Shown: positions 47,026-57,006 of the stretch, one piece after another
Layout of the letters: each line of letters opens with the position of its first letter
Numbering within the stretch: the first letter of the stretch is position 1
NCBI GenBank assembly: GCA_020723165.1
Contig: DYJK01000004.1
Coordinates: 3,270-67,269, forward strand
DNA length: 64,000 nucleotides
Direction: 5' to 3'
Origin: Melioribacter roseus
Lineage (GTDB): Bacteria > Bacteroidota > Ignavibacteria > Ignavibacteriales > Melioribacteraceae
Made by a program: the position numbers and the translations under genes
Notes under the pieces: generated by a model
What the model was told of the DNA's origin: nothing
Databases searched by the model: none
Seen by the model: the letters and a program-made list of their open reading frames with translations, nothing else

Positions 47026-50010
47026 ATGTTAAAAAAGATTTTAACACTCGCTTTAATCAGCCTTCTTCAGACTACCTCTTTTTATTCGCAGACACCTTCA
47101 TATTATCATTACACTTCATCGGATGGACTTGCATCTTCAACAGTATTTGACATCATTCAGGATAAGGAAGGATTTATCTGGTTCGGCACATTAAACGGTC
47201 TTAGCAAATTCGACGGAAAACATTTCACTACTTATACTACAAACGACGGTTTAAATTCAAATGTGATTACATGTTTGTTAGAAGGCGAGAAGGGGGAAAT
47301 CTATCTGGGGAATTATGAAAAAGGATTAAACGTAATTAAAAACAAAATCATCAAAAACTATCGCAGTAGTGTAGATGGTAAAAATTTTTTGACAACCTAC
47401 ATGGTAAAGCATAATGGAAAAATATATTCTTATGCAAGGGCGGCGGTAATTGTTGTTACAAATGAAAATGCAGAGACCGATTCATCCGAGTATAATATTA
47501 ATCCGTCCCCAATAGTTCTGTTTAGAATGGTAAAATTATCAGACGATAATTTAGTTGTTCTGTCTTCAAAAGGATTATACAGATTTAAGGATAGACAATT
47601 ATTGAAAATCGACATTAAAGGATTGCCGGACGAAGATTTTTATTGCCTCGCAAAACGAAGCGACGGCACTATTTTTATCGGTGCAAGAGGATCGCTATAC
47701 CAGGTGAAGAATAATGCCGTTGTTAAAAAATTCAGTTTAGACAACTATAAAAATCAACTGTTCTTCGAAATAATTTGCGATAGAAAAGATAATATTTGGT
47801 TTTCTGTTTTGGGTAAAGGTTTTTTTATGATTCCAAACGGCTCGAATGAAATTATAAATCTCGGAATCAAGATGGGGCTCGAAGATACGCAGATAGACCG
47901 CTTCTTCGAAGATAGCGAAGGCAACATGTGGATATGTACTTTCGGCAAAGGCGTCTATTGCTTAAACAATCTTTATCTACGTAATTACACTGATAAAAAT
48001 GGGCTTTCCAACAACAATATTATCTGTATTGAAAAAGAAAAATCGGGCAAAATCTTAATTGGAACAATCAACGGCATTAGCATTTTTGAAAACGGCGTCA
48101 TTGATAGATTAAAAGACAGTTCAGGAAAAATCTTGTCCGGTTACATAAACAGTATTAAAAGTTTTGGCGATTTAGTTTATGTATGCTGGGCGCCTGAAAG
48201 AGCTGAATCAAATGTTGTTTCTTACAAGGGATTGATGTTCCGCTTAACATATAGTTCTTCATTTGGTAAAACAAAGAATAATTTTTATGCGTTTGGAGGT
48301 GTTGGAAATAATCTGAGAATTTTAAAAGAATATAAATCCGACCTAAAAAGAATCACCCAGTTTTCGGTCTGGGGAGACGGTTTCTTTCAGAATCGTTTAA
48401 ATGCAATTATGGGAGATTCAAAAAATAATATTTGGATTGGTTCAAGCGCCGGTTTATGCAGATTATCCGACATAAGCGGTGAATCTGCAACTCTAAAGTT
48501 TAAGAAAACTTTCTTCGATAACGACCCGGTGCTGAGTTCAAAAATTAATTCAATCTATTGCGATAAAAAAAACCGGGTATGGTTCACGGGAGTAAAAGGA
48601 ATAGCAAACTACAATCTCAACAACGATTCCGTTTACAGCTATTCAAGCATAATGGGGCACGAACTATCTACTCCAACTTCAGTAACCATGGATTCTAAAA
48701 GCAGAATATGGATTGGAACAATGAAAGGACTTTTTTTGCTCGAAGAGAATTCCATAAAATTTCTCGACAGTCAAGCCGGTCTTCCTTCCGATGAAGTACT
48801 ATCGCTTCTATTCGACGAAGAAAAAAATATTTTATATGTTGGTACCAGCAACGGTTTATCATTGCTTGACGTGAATGCATTCGACAATTATGTTCGTCCA
48901 CCACTCGATGTAAAGATCAACAACGTTCAGGCGGGTGATTCGGCTTTTACAAACTATAACAACTTAGTATTCGAACCGGATCAAAATAACGTTTACATAA
49001 ATTTTCGTGTGATAAACTACTCGTCACCCGGGTCGGTAAAGTATAAGTACAAATTAAACGATGATGAATGGACGGAAACAGATTATGATTTTCTTAATCT
49101 TATTTCTCTGCAGAATGGAACATATAATCTTCAGATTATTGCTAAAGCACAAAATACGGAATGGAGTAAACCGTTTTTTCTTTCCTTCCGAATTTTACCG
49201 CGATTCAGTGAAACAATTTGGTTTTACTTCGGGGTAATTTCGATATTTGTTTTTGTTGCTCTTTACATTGTAACGTCTCGGTTGAGAATGCGCAACAGAA
49301 AGATTACGAAGGAACTCGAACTAACGGAAAGGATCAACGATCTGAAGCATCAGGCATTATCTGCAATGATGAATCCGCATTTCATTTTTAACTCACTTAA
49401 CTCGGTTCAATATCTCATCAACAGCCAAAGGAATGAAGAAGCAAATGATTATATAGCTATGATGGCTAAACTGATCAGAAAAAATCTTGATACGGCTGGA
49501 AGCGGATTTATTCTTTTATCGGAAGAAATTAACCGGCTTAAGCTTTATCTGAATCTTGAGAAGTTGAGATTCCAGGAAAGTTTTTCTTATGAAATTAATT
49601 TCGGCACAGACGTTAATATCGATTCTATTATGATACCGAATATGATCATCCAGCCGTTTGTTGAAAATTCTCTTTGGCACGGGATTATCAATTCCGGCAG
49701 CAAAGGGCTTCTTACAATCTCATTCACTTTTGAAGATGTTGATATTGATTCGGTCATTTGTAGATCGTTAATTATTAGAGTTACCGATAATGGCATTGGA
49801 ATTAAAGAAGCAAAGAAGAATCAAAAAGAAGATCACATTTCAAAAGGGATACAGATAATCGAAGAGCGACTCAGATTACTTAGTTCAAAAATGGAACTGC
49901 CGAAACCAATTATGTTTGAAGACCTGAGCAGCCGAAGCCACAACTCTCATGGAACAGAAGTAATCGTTTCCCTTCCCCCACCGCTTTATAAAATCATATC
50001 TGACAATTAA
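47026..50010 (+). CDS. sensor histidine kinase with periplasmic beta-propeller/Y_Y_Y sensor and LytS/YehU-type kinase core
   Basis: 994 aa. Signal peptide, then repeated 'two-component regulator propeller'-like units ([31 protein letters not shown]...). One TM segment, then [14 protein letters not shown] (His_kinase) and an HATPase region. Confidence 0.85.
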   Translation: [994 protein letters not shown]

Positions 50011-50126
50011 TTTCCCGGTGCAGCACCGTGGAAATCCTCTGTGATTCTCCGTGAAAGAAGTATCTCATTTTTTTATTACATAGAGTTCCACAAGGATGAC
50101 CCGGGCATCCACCCAAATTAACTCCG

Positions 50127-50193
50127 CCGTTAACTTGAGAAAAGGTACCGTTCGCTTAATAAAAAATACCGCATCCTTGTTTGCCGTTGTTGC
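50127..50193 (+). promoter_or_regulatory. candidate LytTR operator: direct repeats CCGTTnnCTT spaced 21 nt, plus a third CCGTT copy
   Basis: CCGTTAACTT (50127-50136) and CCGTTCGCTT (50148-50157) are 21 nt apart start to start. CCGTTGTTGC follows at 50184-50193. The site lies downstream of the LytTR TCS and upstream of the 50240/50506 genes. Confidence 0.4.
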
Positions 50194-50239
50194 AGCAGAG
50201 AGTAGTATTTAGATTCGAACAAAATTCAGGCGGATCAAA

Positions 50240-50488
50240 TTGAAAATTCTAAAAATGCTGTTGGAATTATTTACAAAAAAACGATCGAAAACCGTTCCAC
50301 TTTTGATTATAAAGAAGGAACCGGATGATTATAATGTGAAAGAATACAATTCAATCGAAGAAGCAATCGTCGATCTGGAAAAGGATCCGAATGTTCCAGC
50401 CGATAAAATTGAGAAGTTAAGATCATTACTAAAGAATCTGAAAAACAAAACATCCATAAAGATTAAGGGTGGGGAAATAGTTTTATAA
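50240..50488 (+). CDS. hypothetical small protein (82 aa)
   Basis: ORF with a TTG start (alternative ATG at 50255) and no clear RBS. Charged and Lys-rich. Coding status uncertain. Confidence 0.3.
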   Translation: MKILKMLLELFTKKRSKTVPLLIIKKEPDDYNVKEYNSIEEAIVDLEKDPNVPADKIEKLRSLLKNLKNKTSIKIKGGEIVL

Positions 50489-50505
50489 AATCAAGAGAGG
50501 CTACA

Positions 50506-53500
50506 ATGAAAAGGTTATATAAAATGTTTGTGATTCTCTCCGTCTTCTTCTCAACCACAAACTTATTCTCACAAACGGCTTCGGTTACATGGCCGTTAAC
50601 AAGTGACCAAAATCCTAATACACCGGTAGGAAATATTCAAGCATTGCCCCAGTCGATTGGAACTCCAACTTCACCTTATAAATTGGAAATGTATCCTCAA
50701 GAACCATATTCCAATTCCAACCGTGGCCAACAACTCTGGACTGGTAATCAGGGGACTGGATGGATATCAGGACTGCCGGATTACACAAGATATATTCAAT
50801 TTGATGCAAACCCAACTTCAGGAAATAGTTTTACTGTTCAAAATATTTCTTTTGATTATAGTGATTATCCAACTCCAACAAATTTTGATTTTCATATATT
50901 GAATAGCGAAGTCTGGTATTCCACAGATAATTGGAATAATGGAATTCAACTGAATGCAAATCCGTTAGATTATTTATCATCTGCAATCCAGACATTTTCG
51001 GCAAATGTTAATGTGCTGGTTCAAAACGGACAAACTTTTTCTCTTCGAATATATCCCTATGCTCCAAATGGAGCTATTGCGATGACGCCATCTTTTGCGA
51101 CCCATAGAAATGTGATTTTTGAAGGAACAACATCACCGGTAGAACTAAACAATGGTTCAATCTGCGGAATGAAATTTAATGACTTGAATGGAAATGGTGA
51201 GAAAGAAGGTGGTGAACCGGGATTATCCGGTTGGGAAATTCAATTGACTAATGAAACTGTCGTTCCACCCATTACTATTACAGCTACAACAGATGAAAAT
51301 GGCGAATTCTGTTTCAACGACTTAGCCGCCGGAACATATACAATCTCTGAAACTCAACAAGAAGATTGGCAGCAAACTTATCCGACAAATCCAACAACGC
51401 ACACAGTAATACTTGCAGCCGGGCAAAATGTTTTGGATGTAGATTTTGGTAATATGCAATTACTCGGTTCAATCTGCGGAATGAAATTTAACGACTTGAA
51501 TGGAAATGGACAGAATGATAATGAACCCGGGCTTTCAGGATGGACAATAATGTTATCAATGGGTGCAGTTCAGATGACTGCAACAACCGGCACAGACGGA
51601 GGTTATTGCTTTAATGATTTACTAGCCGGCACATATACAATTTCTGAAACTCAACAAGAAGGTTGGCAGCAGACATATCCGGCTTCTCCGGGTACTCATA
51701 CTATTTCATTATCACCCGGAGTCAACCTGATTGGCATAGATTTAGGAAACAAAGAAATTCTAAATCCGGATTGTATCGATTTTGAAAACAACTCAATGAA
51801 TGACTGGCAAGCAAATAATATTTTAACATCTTTTCAGCAAGACGGAAACAATCATTTTATTCAAACAACCGATCAAGCCGGTGTATCTACATTTTATACT
51901 ACGAGTAAACCTTATAACGGCAATTGGACAAGTCTATTTTCAAACGGATGCGGCTCACTCTGTTTTGATGTAACTTTTATTTACGGAGGGGATGTTTATA
52001 ATGGTCAAACTCCGCCGCAAACACTAACTCCTTACATTGCAATTGAAGGGAATGGATTTAAAGCATCATTTGTTGTTAACCAATCAATCTCTGTCGGGGA
52101 TGGATGGCATACATTCTGCGCACCTTTGAGTTTTCTTAATTCAGATGGAACTCTTCCATCTAACTCCGATGGTTATTGGATTATGACAGTTGGAACAGCT
52201 AATGATTGGAATACACTATTAACCAATGTAACTAAAGTAAGATTACTTGCAGATCCTACAAGTTTTCAAGGTGAAAAAATTGGATATGATAATATTTGTC
52301 TAAATAATACCGGTGATTGTAATCCTCCGGTAACACTTGGTTCAATATGCGGGATAAAAATTCTTGATAAAGATGAGGATGGAGAAAAAGATTCGAATGA
52401 AGATGGAATTCCAAACTGGACTATTTATTTATCAAACGGAACTTCAACAATCAGCACAACAACAGACGCAAACGGTAATTATTGTTTTGATGATTTACCG
52501 GCTGGTACTTATTCAGTATCGGAAGAACAACGTACTGGTTGGAAACAAATATTTCCACCCGATCCGGGAATTCATACAATTACTTTATCTGCCGGCGAGG
52601 AATTAACAAATATCAATTTTTCTAATGTTGAAGATATAACTATACAACTTGGCTATATATGCGGAATAAAATTTAATGATATAAATGGAGATGGCAATCA
52701 AGACCTACCGGATGAAGTAGGATTGCCAAACTGGACATTCAACCTAACCGGCGCAGCTAATTTAACTGCAACAACCGATATTAGAGGTAATTTCTGTTTC
52801 GAAAATCTTAGACCGGGCGATTATATAATAACAGAAGTTATTCAGGACGGATGGGAAGTAACTACTCCAAATACTTCCGGCACATATTCCTTAACACTAT
52901 TACCCGGACAAAATATTACAGATATAAAATTTGGTAACAAAGAAAAATTAGGTTCTATCTGCGGTATGAAGTATAACGATTTGAACGGCGATGGAGATTG
53001 GGATTCAGGCGAACCTGGTTTATCTGGCTGGCAAATATCTCTTTCATTATGGGGTTATACTTCCAGCGGTCATGCTTCTGGACCAACCTTAAATGAAATT
53101 GCTATTGATACAACAGACGAAAACGGAAACTATTGTTTTACCAATGTAAGACAAGGGAATTATTTGATTGGTGAATACCATAAATCTGGCTGGACACAAA
53201 CTGAGCCAGCAACTTTTGCATATTCAGTAACACTCACTCCGGGACAAATAATAGTAGAACTTAATTTTGGTAATAAAGAAGATACAACGGTACAGCTTGG
53301 TTCAATCTGTGGAATAAAATTCAACGACAAAGACGGCGATGGTGAACAAGACCCTGAAGAGTTAGGAATTCCTGATTGGCAGATTAATTTAGGCGGAATG
53401 AGGGATTTATCTGTCTATACAGATAAAGAAGGTAAATTCTGTTTTGATAACCTTCCTCCGGGCGAATACAAAGTTGGTGAAGAATTTCGTTCGGGTTGGA

Positions 53501-56500
53501 GGCAAACTTTACCGTCAACTAATTTTTATATAATTCAACTTGCATCGGGAGAAAATATTACTGATTTAATATTTGGTAATACAGAAGATGATAGTGTGCA
53601 GCTCGGCTCTATTTGCGGAACTAAATTCAATGATAAAAATCGTGATGGAAGAAAAGTGAGTGGCGAACCGGGAATAGCTGTATGGACTATATATCTCGAA
53701 GGTCCGATGAATTTAACTGCGGTTACGGATGGTAATGGTAATTTCTGTTTTTACGGATTGATTCCCGGAACGTACACAGTTAGAGAAGAAAATAAAACCG
53801 GGTGGAGACAAACGAAACCTTCTTCAATAACTTATACTCTGGAAGTTGGTAACGGTGATAATTTTACCGGAATTGATTTCGGAAATACAGAAGACCCGAC
53901 AGTTATACTAGGTACAATCTGCGGAATAAAATTTAATGATATAAACGGTAATGGAAGTCAGGATGGTGGAGAACCCGGAATTGCAAACTGGACTATCGAA
54001 TTGACCGGCGCTATAACAATGACAACTACAACTGATGCAAGAGGTGAGTTTTGCTTTACTAATTTGATTCTTGGGAACTATATTGTATCAGAGAGAAATA
54101 GAGACGGGTGGACTCAAACTGCACCTACCGGCGGAACATACTCAATAGAATTGACCGCTGATCATAATCCGGATGATATTATTTTTGGTAATAGAGAAGA
54201 TACAACAGTTGTGCTCGGTTCAATCTGCGGAATGAAATTTTTTGATAAAGATGGAGATGGTAGAAAAGGTCTTACTGAACCCGGAATAGCTGACTGGCAA
54301 ATTAACATTAGCGGACCGGTTGATAGAAGTGTTACAACTGATAAAAATGGTGAATTTTGTTTTGATGATTTACCTCCGGGAACATATATCATTAAAGAAG
54401 AACCAAAAACAGATTGGGTACAAACTTATCCAACGTCTCCGGATTCTTATACAGTTACACTTGCATCCGGAGAGAATCTTATCGGCTATTATTTTGGAAA
54501 TAAGTATGAACCAAAACCGGGTTGTGTTGATCCGCCATCGGGAATGAAAGCATGGTGGAGTTTTGATTATATACCAAATAATTCTACTCCGGATTTAGCC
54601 GGATATAATAACGCTGGTACGAAGATGAATGGTCCTACTGCGGTTGCCGGTAAAGTTTTGGGTGCGTTACAGTTTGATGGAGTTGATGATTATGTGGAAG
54701 TTGAAGATCATTTCGAATTGAACTTTGGCACCGGTGATTTTTCATTTGATGCGTGGATAAAAACTAGTGACATTGATTGGTTCTCAATGGTACTGGATAA
54801 GGCCAGCAGTTATGTAAATCCAATAGGTTATGCTATTTTTCTTCATGAAGGAAATCTTGGTTTATCTCTTTATGACGGATTGGAATCCTCTTATATTTCA
54901 CCAGTTTTCATTTCAGATGGGATCTGGCATCATATTACAGTAACAGTCTCAAGAACTAACAAGAATGGAATTATTTTTTATCTTGATGGAGTACCAACAA
55001 CATTTGGTGATCCAACTTTACGTCCCGGCTCGCTTGATAATATTAATGATCTACGAATTGGTCGCCAGTCTACTATCAATGAAAAATACTTTAAAGGAAT
55101 ACTTGATGAAATAGAATTGTTCAATCGTGTAATTACACCAGCAGAAATAGTCTCTATATATAATGCCGGGAGTTCCGGAAAATGCAAACCAACTGATGGA
55201 CTTACAACTGCGAGTGGGCATGTTTTCCATGATATAAATGGTAATGGCATTGAAGATGCGGGAGACAAGCCATTACCAAACTGGACAGTCTTAATCAACG
55301 GACCAACAATTGCCCAAACAGAAACCGATGACGATGGCAATTTTGTATTTACCGGCTGCAAACCAGGAGATTACACTTTATCAGGTGCGGTTCCAAATGA
55401 GTGGGGTTGTACTTTTCCTTTTGGCGGTAGATACCAATTTAAATTAGAAGAAGGACAAAGTTTAGCTGCTCATAATTTTGGTTATGCAAATGATCCATGT
55501 ACTGATGGACAAAAATCCTGGTATCCGCTTGGGAGCGGTGTTAATGGAGCCGTATTAGCTTTAGCAGTTTTGGGAAACGACCTTTATGTAGGCGGAGTTT
55601 TTACTAATGCCGGGGGTGTGAACGTAAGAAGTATTGCTAAATGGAATGGTTCAAGCTGGTCTGATGTTGGAGGAGGTGTTATTGGTCAAGTAATGTCGTT
55701 TGCTGTTATAGGGAACGACCTTTATGTTGGTGGAGTATTCAGTGCTGCCGGAAATATTAGCGCAAATAATATTGCGAAGTGGGACGGATTAAATTGGTCT
55801 TCGCTTGGCGATGGAACTAATGGTGTAGTACAAGCACTCGCTGCAAACGGTACAACTTTATTTGCCGGAGGTGAATTTACAACTGCCGGAAATGTGAATG
55901 CGGCACATGTTGCTAAATGGAACGGAAGCAGTTGGTCGGCACTTGGAACTGGGACCAATAATTTCGTTTATGCACTTACAGCATCCGGTAATGATCTTTA
56001 TGTTGGCGGAAAATTTACAATGGCGGGAAATGTAAATGCAGCACGAGTTGCTAAATGGAACGTCATTAATTCGAGTTGGTCATCCATTGGTACTGGATTA
56101 AATAATACTGTATCAGCATTGGCAATAATGAATGGCGAAATTTATGCTGGTGGTTCTTTTAACAATCCCGTAGGATTTAATGCCTTAAATCGAGTTTCAA
56201 AGTGGGATGGTACAAATTGGATTACATTGGGAAATGGTGTTAGTGGGAGTGGAACTGTCTATAGTAGTGCCATAGCATTTAATGGTACGGATATGTTTGT
56301 CGGAGGTTTATTTACAACTGCTGGAACAGTATCAGCAAATCATATTGCTAAATGGGACGGTAACTGGATGGCTCTTGGCAATGGAGTAGGTGGTTTTTTA
56401 AATTCAACTGTTATATTAGCTCTTGCAACAAATGGGACTAATCTTTATGCTGGTGGTTCGTTTACAACAGCCGGAAGAATAGCGGCAAATAATATTGCAA

Positions 56501-56826
56501 GATATTCATGCAGCAGCACAACTACTTCAGTTGATGATGATCATTCAACAAATATTCTACCTCAGGATTTCAAGTTAGAGCAGAACTATCCAAATCCGTT
56601 TAATCCATCTTCAACCATCCGATACCATATTCCAAAAGCGAGTTATGTTAAAATTACTGTATATGATATACTCGGAAGAGAAATTAAAGTGTTGGTGAAC
56701 GAAATGAAAAATCCCGGTCAGCATGAAGTAGTTTTTAATTCAAAGGGACTTGCAAGCGGAGTGTATATTTACACAATCATAACGAGTGATTATACTCTTA
56801 GCAAGAAAATGATTTTGCTGAAATAA
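50506..56826 (+). CDS. giant (2106 aa) secreted multi-repeat adhesin-like protein with T9SS C-terminal sorting domain
   Basis: Signal peptide, then 10 SdrD-B/Cna-B-like repeats (GSICGMKFNDLNGNG..EPGLSGW.I.L...TTD.NG.YCF..L..G.Y.I.E....GW.QT.P). Also a ConA/LamG-like domain (FDGVDDYVEV...DFSFDAWIK...DEIELFNR) and 7 propeller-like repeats (AKW.GS.WS.LG.G.N..V.AL...GNDLYVGG.FT.AG). The C-terminus is LEQNYPNPFNPSSTIRY...GVYIYTIITSDYTLSKKMILLK. Confidence 0.85.
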   Translation: MKRLYKMFVILSVFFSTTNLFSQTASVTWPLTSDQNPNTPVGNIQALPQSIGTPTSPYKLEMYPQEPYSNSNRGQQLWTGNQGTGWISGLPDYTRYIQFDANPTSGNSFTVQNISFDYSDYPTPTNFDFHILNSEVWYSTDNWNNGIQLNANPLDYLSSAIQTFSANVNVLVQNGQTFSLRIYPYAPNGAIAMTPSFATHRNVIFEGTTSPVELNNGSICGMKFNDLNGNGEKEGGEPGLSGWEIQLTNETVVPPITITATTDENGEFCFNDLAAGTYTISETQQEDWQQTYPTNPTTHTVILAAGQNVLDVDFGNMQLLGSICGMKFNDLNGNGQNDNEPGLSGWTIMLSMGAVQMTATTGTDGGYCFNDLLAGTYTISETQQEGWQQTYPASPGTHTISLSPGVNLIGIDLGNKEILNPDCIDFENNSMNDWQANNILTSFQQDGNNHFIQTTDQAGVSTFYTTSKPYNGNWTSLFSNGCGSLCFDVTFIYGGDVYNGQTPPQTLTPYIAIEGNGFKASFVVNQSISVGDGWHTFCAPLSFLNSDGTLPSNSDGYWIMTVGTANDWNTLLTNVTKVRLLADPTSFQGEKIGYDNICLNNTGDCNPPVTLGSICGIKILDKDEDGEKDSNEDGIPNWTIYLSNGTSTISTTTDANGNYCFDDLPAGTYSVSEEQRTGWKQIFPPDPGIHTITLSAGEELTNINFSNVEDITIQLGYICGIKFNDINGDGNQDLPDEVGLPNWTFNLTGAANLTATTDIRGNFCFENLRPGDYIITEVIQDGWEVTTPNTSGTYSLTLLPGQNITDIKFGNKEKLGSICGMKYNDLNGDGDWDSGEPGLSGWQISLSLWGYTSSGHASGPTLNEIAIDTTDENGNYCFTNVRQGNYLIGEYHKSGWTQTEPATFAYSVTLTPGQIIVELNFGNKEDTTVQLGSICGIKFNDKDGDGEQDPEELGIPDWQINLGGMRDLSVYTDKEGKFCFDNLPPGEYKVGEEFRSGWRQTLPSTNFYIIQLASGENITDLIFGNTEDDSVQLGSICGTKFNDKNRDGRKVSGEPGIAVWTIYLEGPMNLTAVTDGNGNFCFYGLIPGTYTVREENKTGWRQTKPSSITYTLEVGNGDNFTGIDFGNTEDPTVILGTICGIKFNDINGNGSQDGGEPGIANWTIELTGAITMTTTTDARGEFCFTNLILGNYIVSERNRDGWTQTAPTGGTYSIELTADHNPDDIIFGNREDTTVVLGSICGMKFFDKDGDGRKGLTEPGIADWQINISGPVDRSVTTDKNGEFCFDDLPPGTYIIKEEPKTDWVQTYPTSPDSYTVTLASGENLIGYYFGNKYEPKPGCVDPPSGMKAWWSFDYIPNNSTPDLAGYNNAGTKMNGPTAVAGKVLGALQFDGVDDYVEVEDHFELNFGTGDFSFDAWIKTSDIDWFSMVLDKASSYVNPIGYAIFLHEGNLGLSLYDGLESSYISPVFISDGIWHHITVTVSRTNKNGIIFYLDGVPTTFGDPTLRPGSLDNINDLRIGRQSTINEKYFKGILDEIELFNRVITPAEIVSIYNAGSSGKCKPTDGLTTASGHVFHDINGNGIEDAGDKPLPNWTVLINGPTIAQTETDDDGNFVFTGCKPGDYTLSGAVPNEWGCTFPFGGRYQFKLEEGQSLAAHNFGYANDPCTDGQKSWYPLGSGVNGAVLALAVLGNDLYVGGVFTNAGGVNVRSIAKWNGSSWSDVGGGVIGQVMSFAVIGNDLYVGGVFSAAGNISANNIAKWDGLNWSSLGDGTNGVVQALAANGTTLFAGGEFTTAGNVNAAHVAKWNGSSWSALGTGTNNFVYALTASGNDLYVGGKFTMAGNVNAARVAKWNVINSSWSSIGTGLNNTVSALAIMNGEIYAGGSFNNPVGFNALNRVSKWDGTNWITLGNGVSGSGTVYSSAIAFNGTDMFVGGLFTTAGTVSANHIAKWDGNWMALGNGVGGFLNSTVILALATNGTNLYAGGSFTTAGRIAANNIARYSCSSTTTSVDDDHSTNILPQDFKLEQNYPNPFNPSSTIRYHIPKASYVKITVYDILGREIKVLVNEMKNPGQHEVVFNSKGLASGVYIYTIITSDYTLSKKMILLK
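51154..54520 (+). repeat. tandem 300-348 nt coding repeats inside the giant gene
   Basis: Repeat starts (GGT/GGC TCA/TAT ATC TGC GG...) fall at 51154, 51466, 52339, 52651, 52951, 53299, 53605, 53911 and 54217. Copies 1 and 2 share long identical runs, e.g. GGTTCAATCTGCGGAATGAAATTTAA. Confidence 0.85.
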
Positions 56827-56851
56827 CAATTCAGAAATATTTTTATTAAGA

Positions 56852-56879
56852 AGCCGGGGTGAATAGCTCCGGCTTTTTT
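56852..56879 (+). terminator. rho-independent terminator after the giant gene
   Basis: AGCCGGGGTGAATAGCTCCGGCTTTTTT. Confidence 0.8.
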
Positions 56880-57006
56880 ATATGATTGGCTATGCTTTAT
56901 ATCGACAACTTTATACTGCTTTTTAGTTTGAGGGATAATCCATATTTTTCGGTGAGATAACATCATCTTATTATTCGCATTAAAAATAAAATAAGGAATT
57001 TTTAAA

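Noticed and set aside
50011-50034. Palindrome TTTCCCGGTGCAGCACCGTGGAAA right after the kinase gene stop
   Set aside because: It could be a weak terminator or a protein-binding site. It has a near-zero loop, a bulge, no T tract, and no second copy that I could find. Too little evidence to call.
51154-54520. Regularly spaced repeats that could be mistaken for a CRISPR-like array
   Set aside because: The period is 300-348 nt. The repeats are in frame within one continuous ORF and encode Cna-B/SdrD-B-like protein domains. No short repeat-spacer structure or cas genes occur anywhere in the window.
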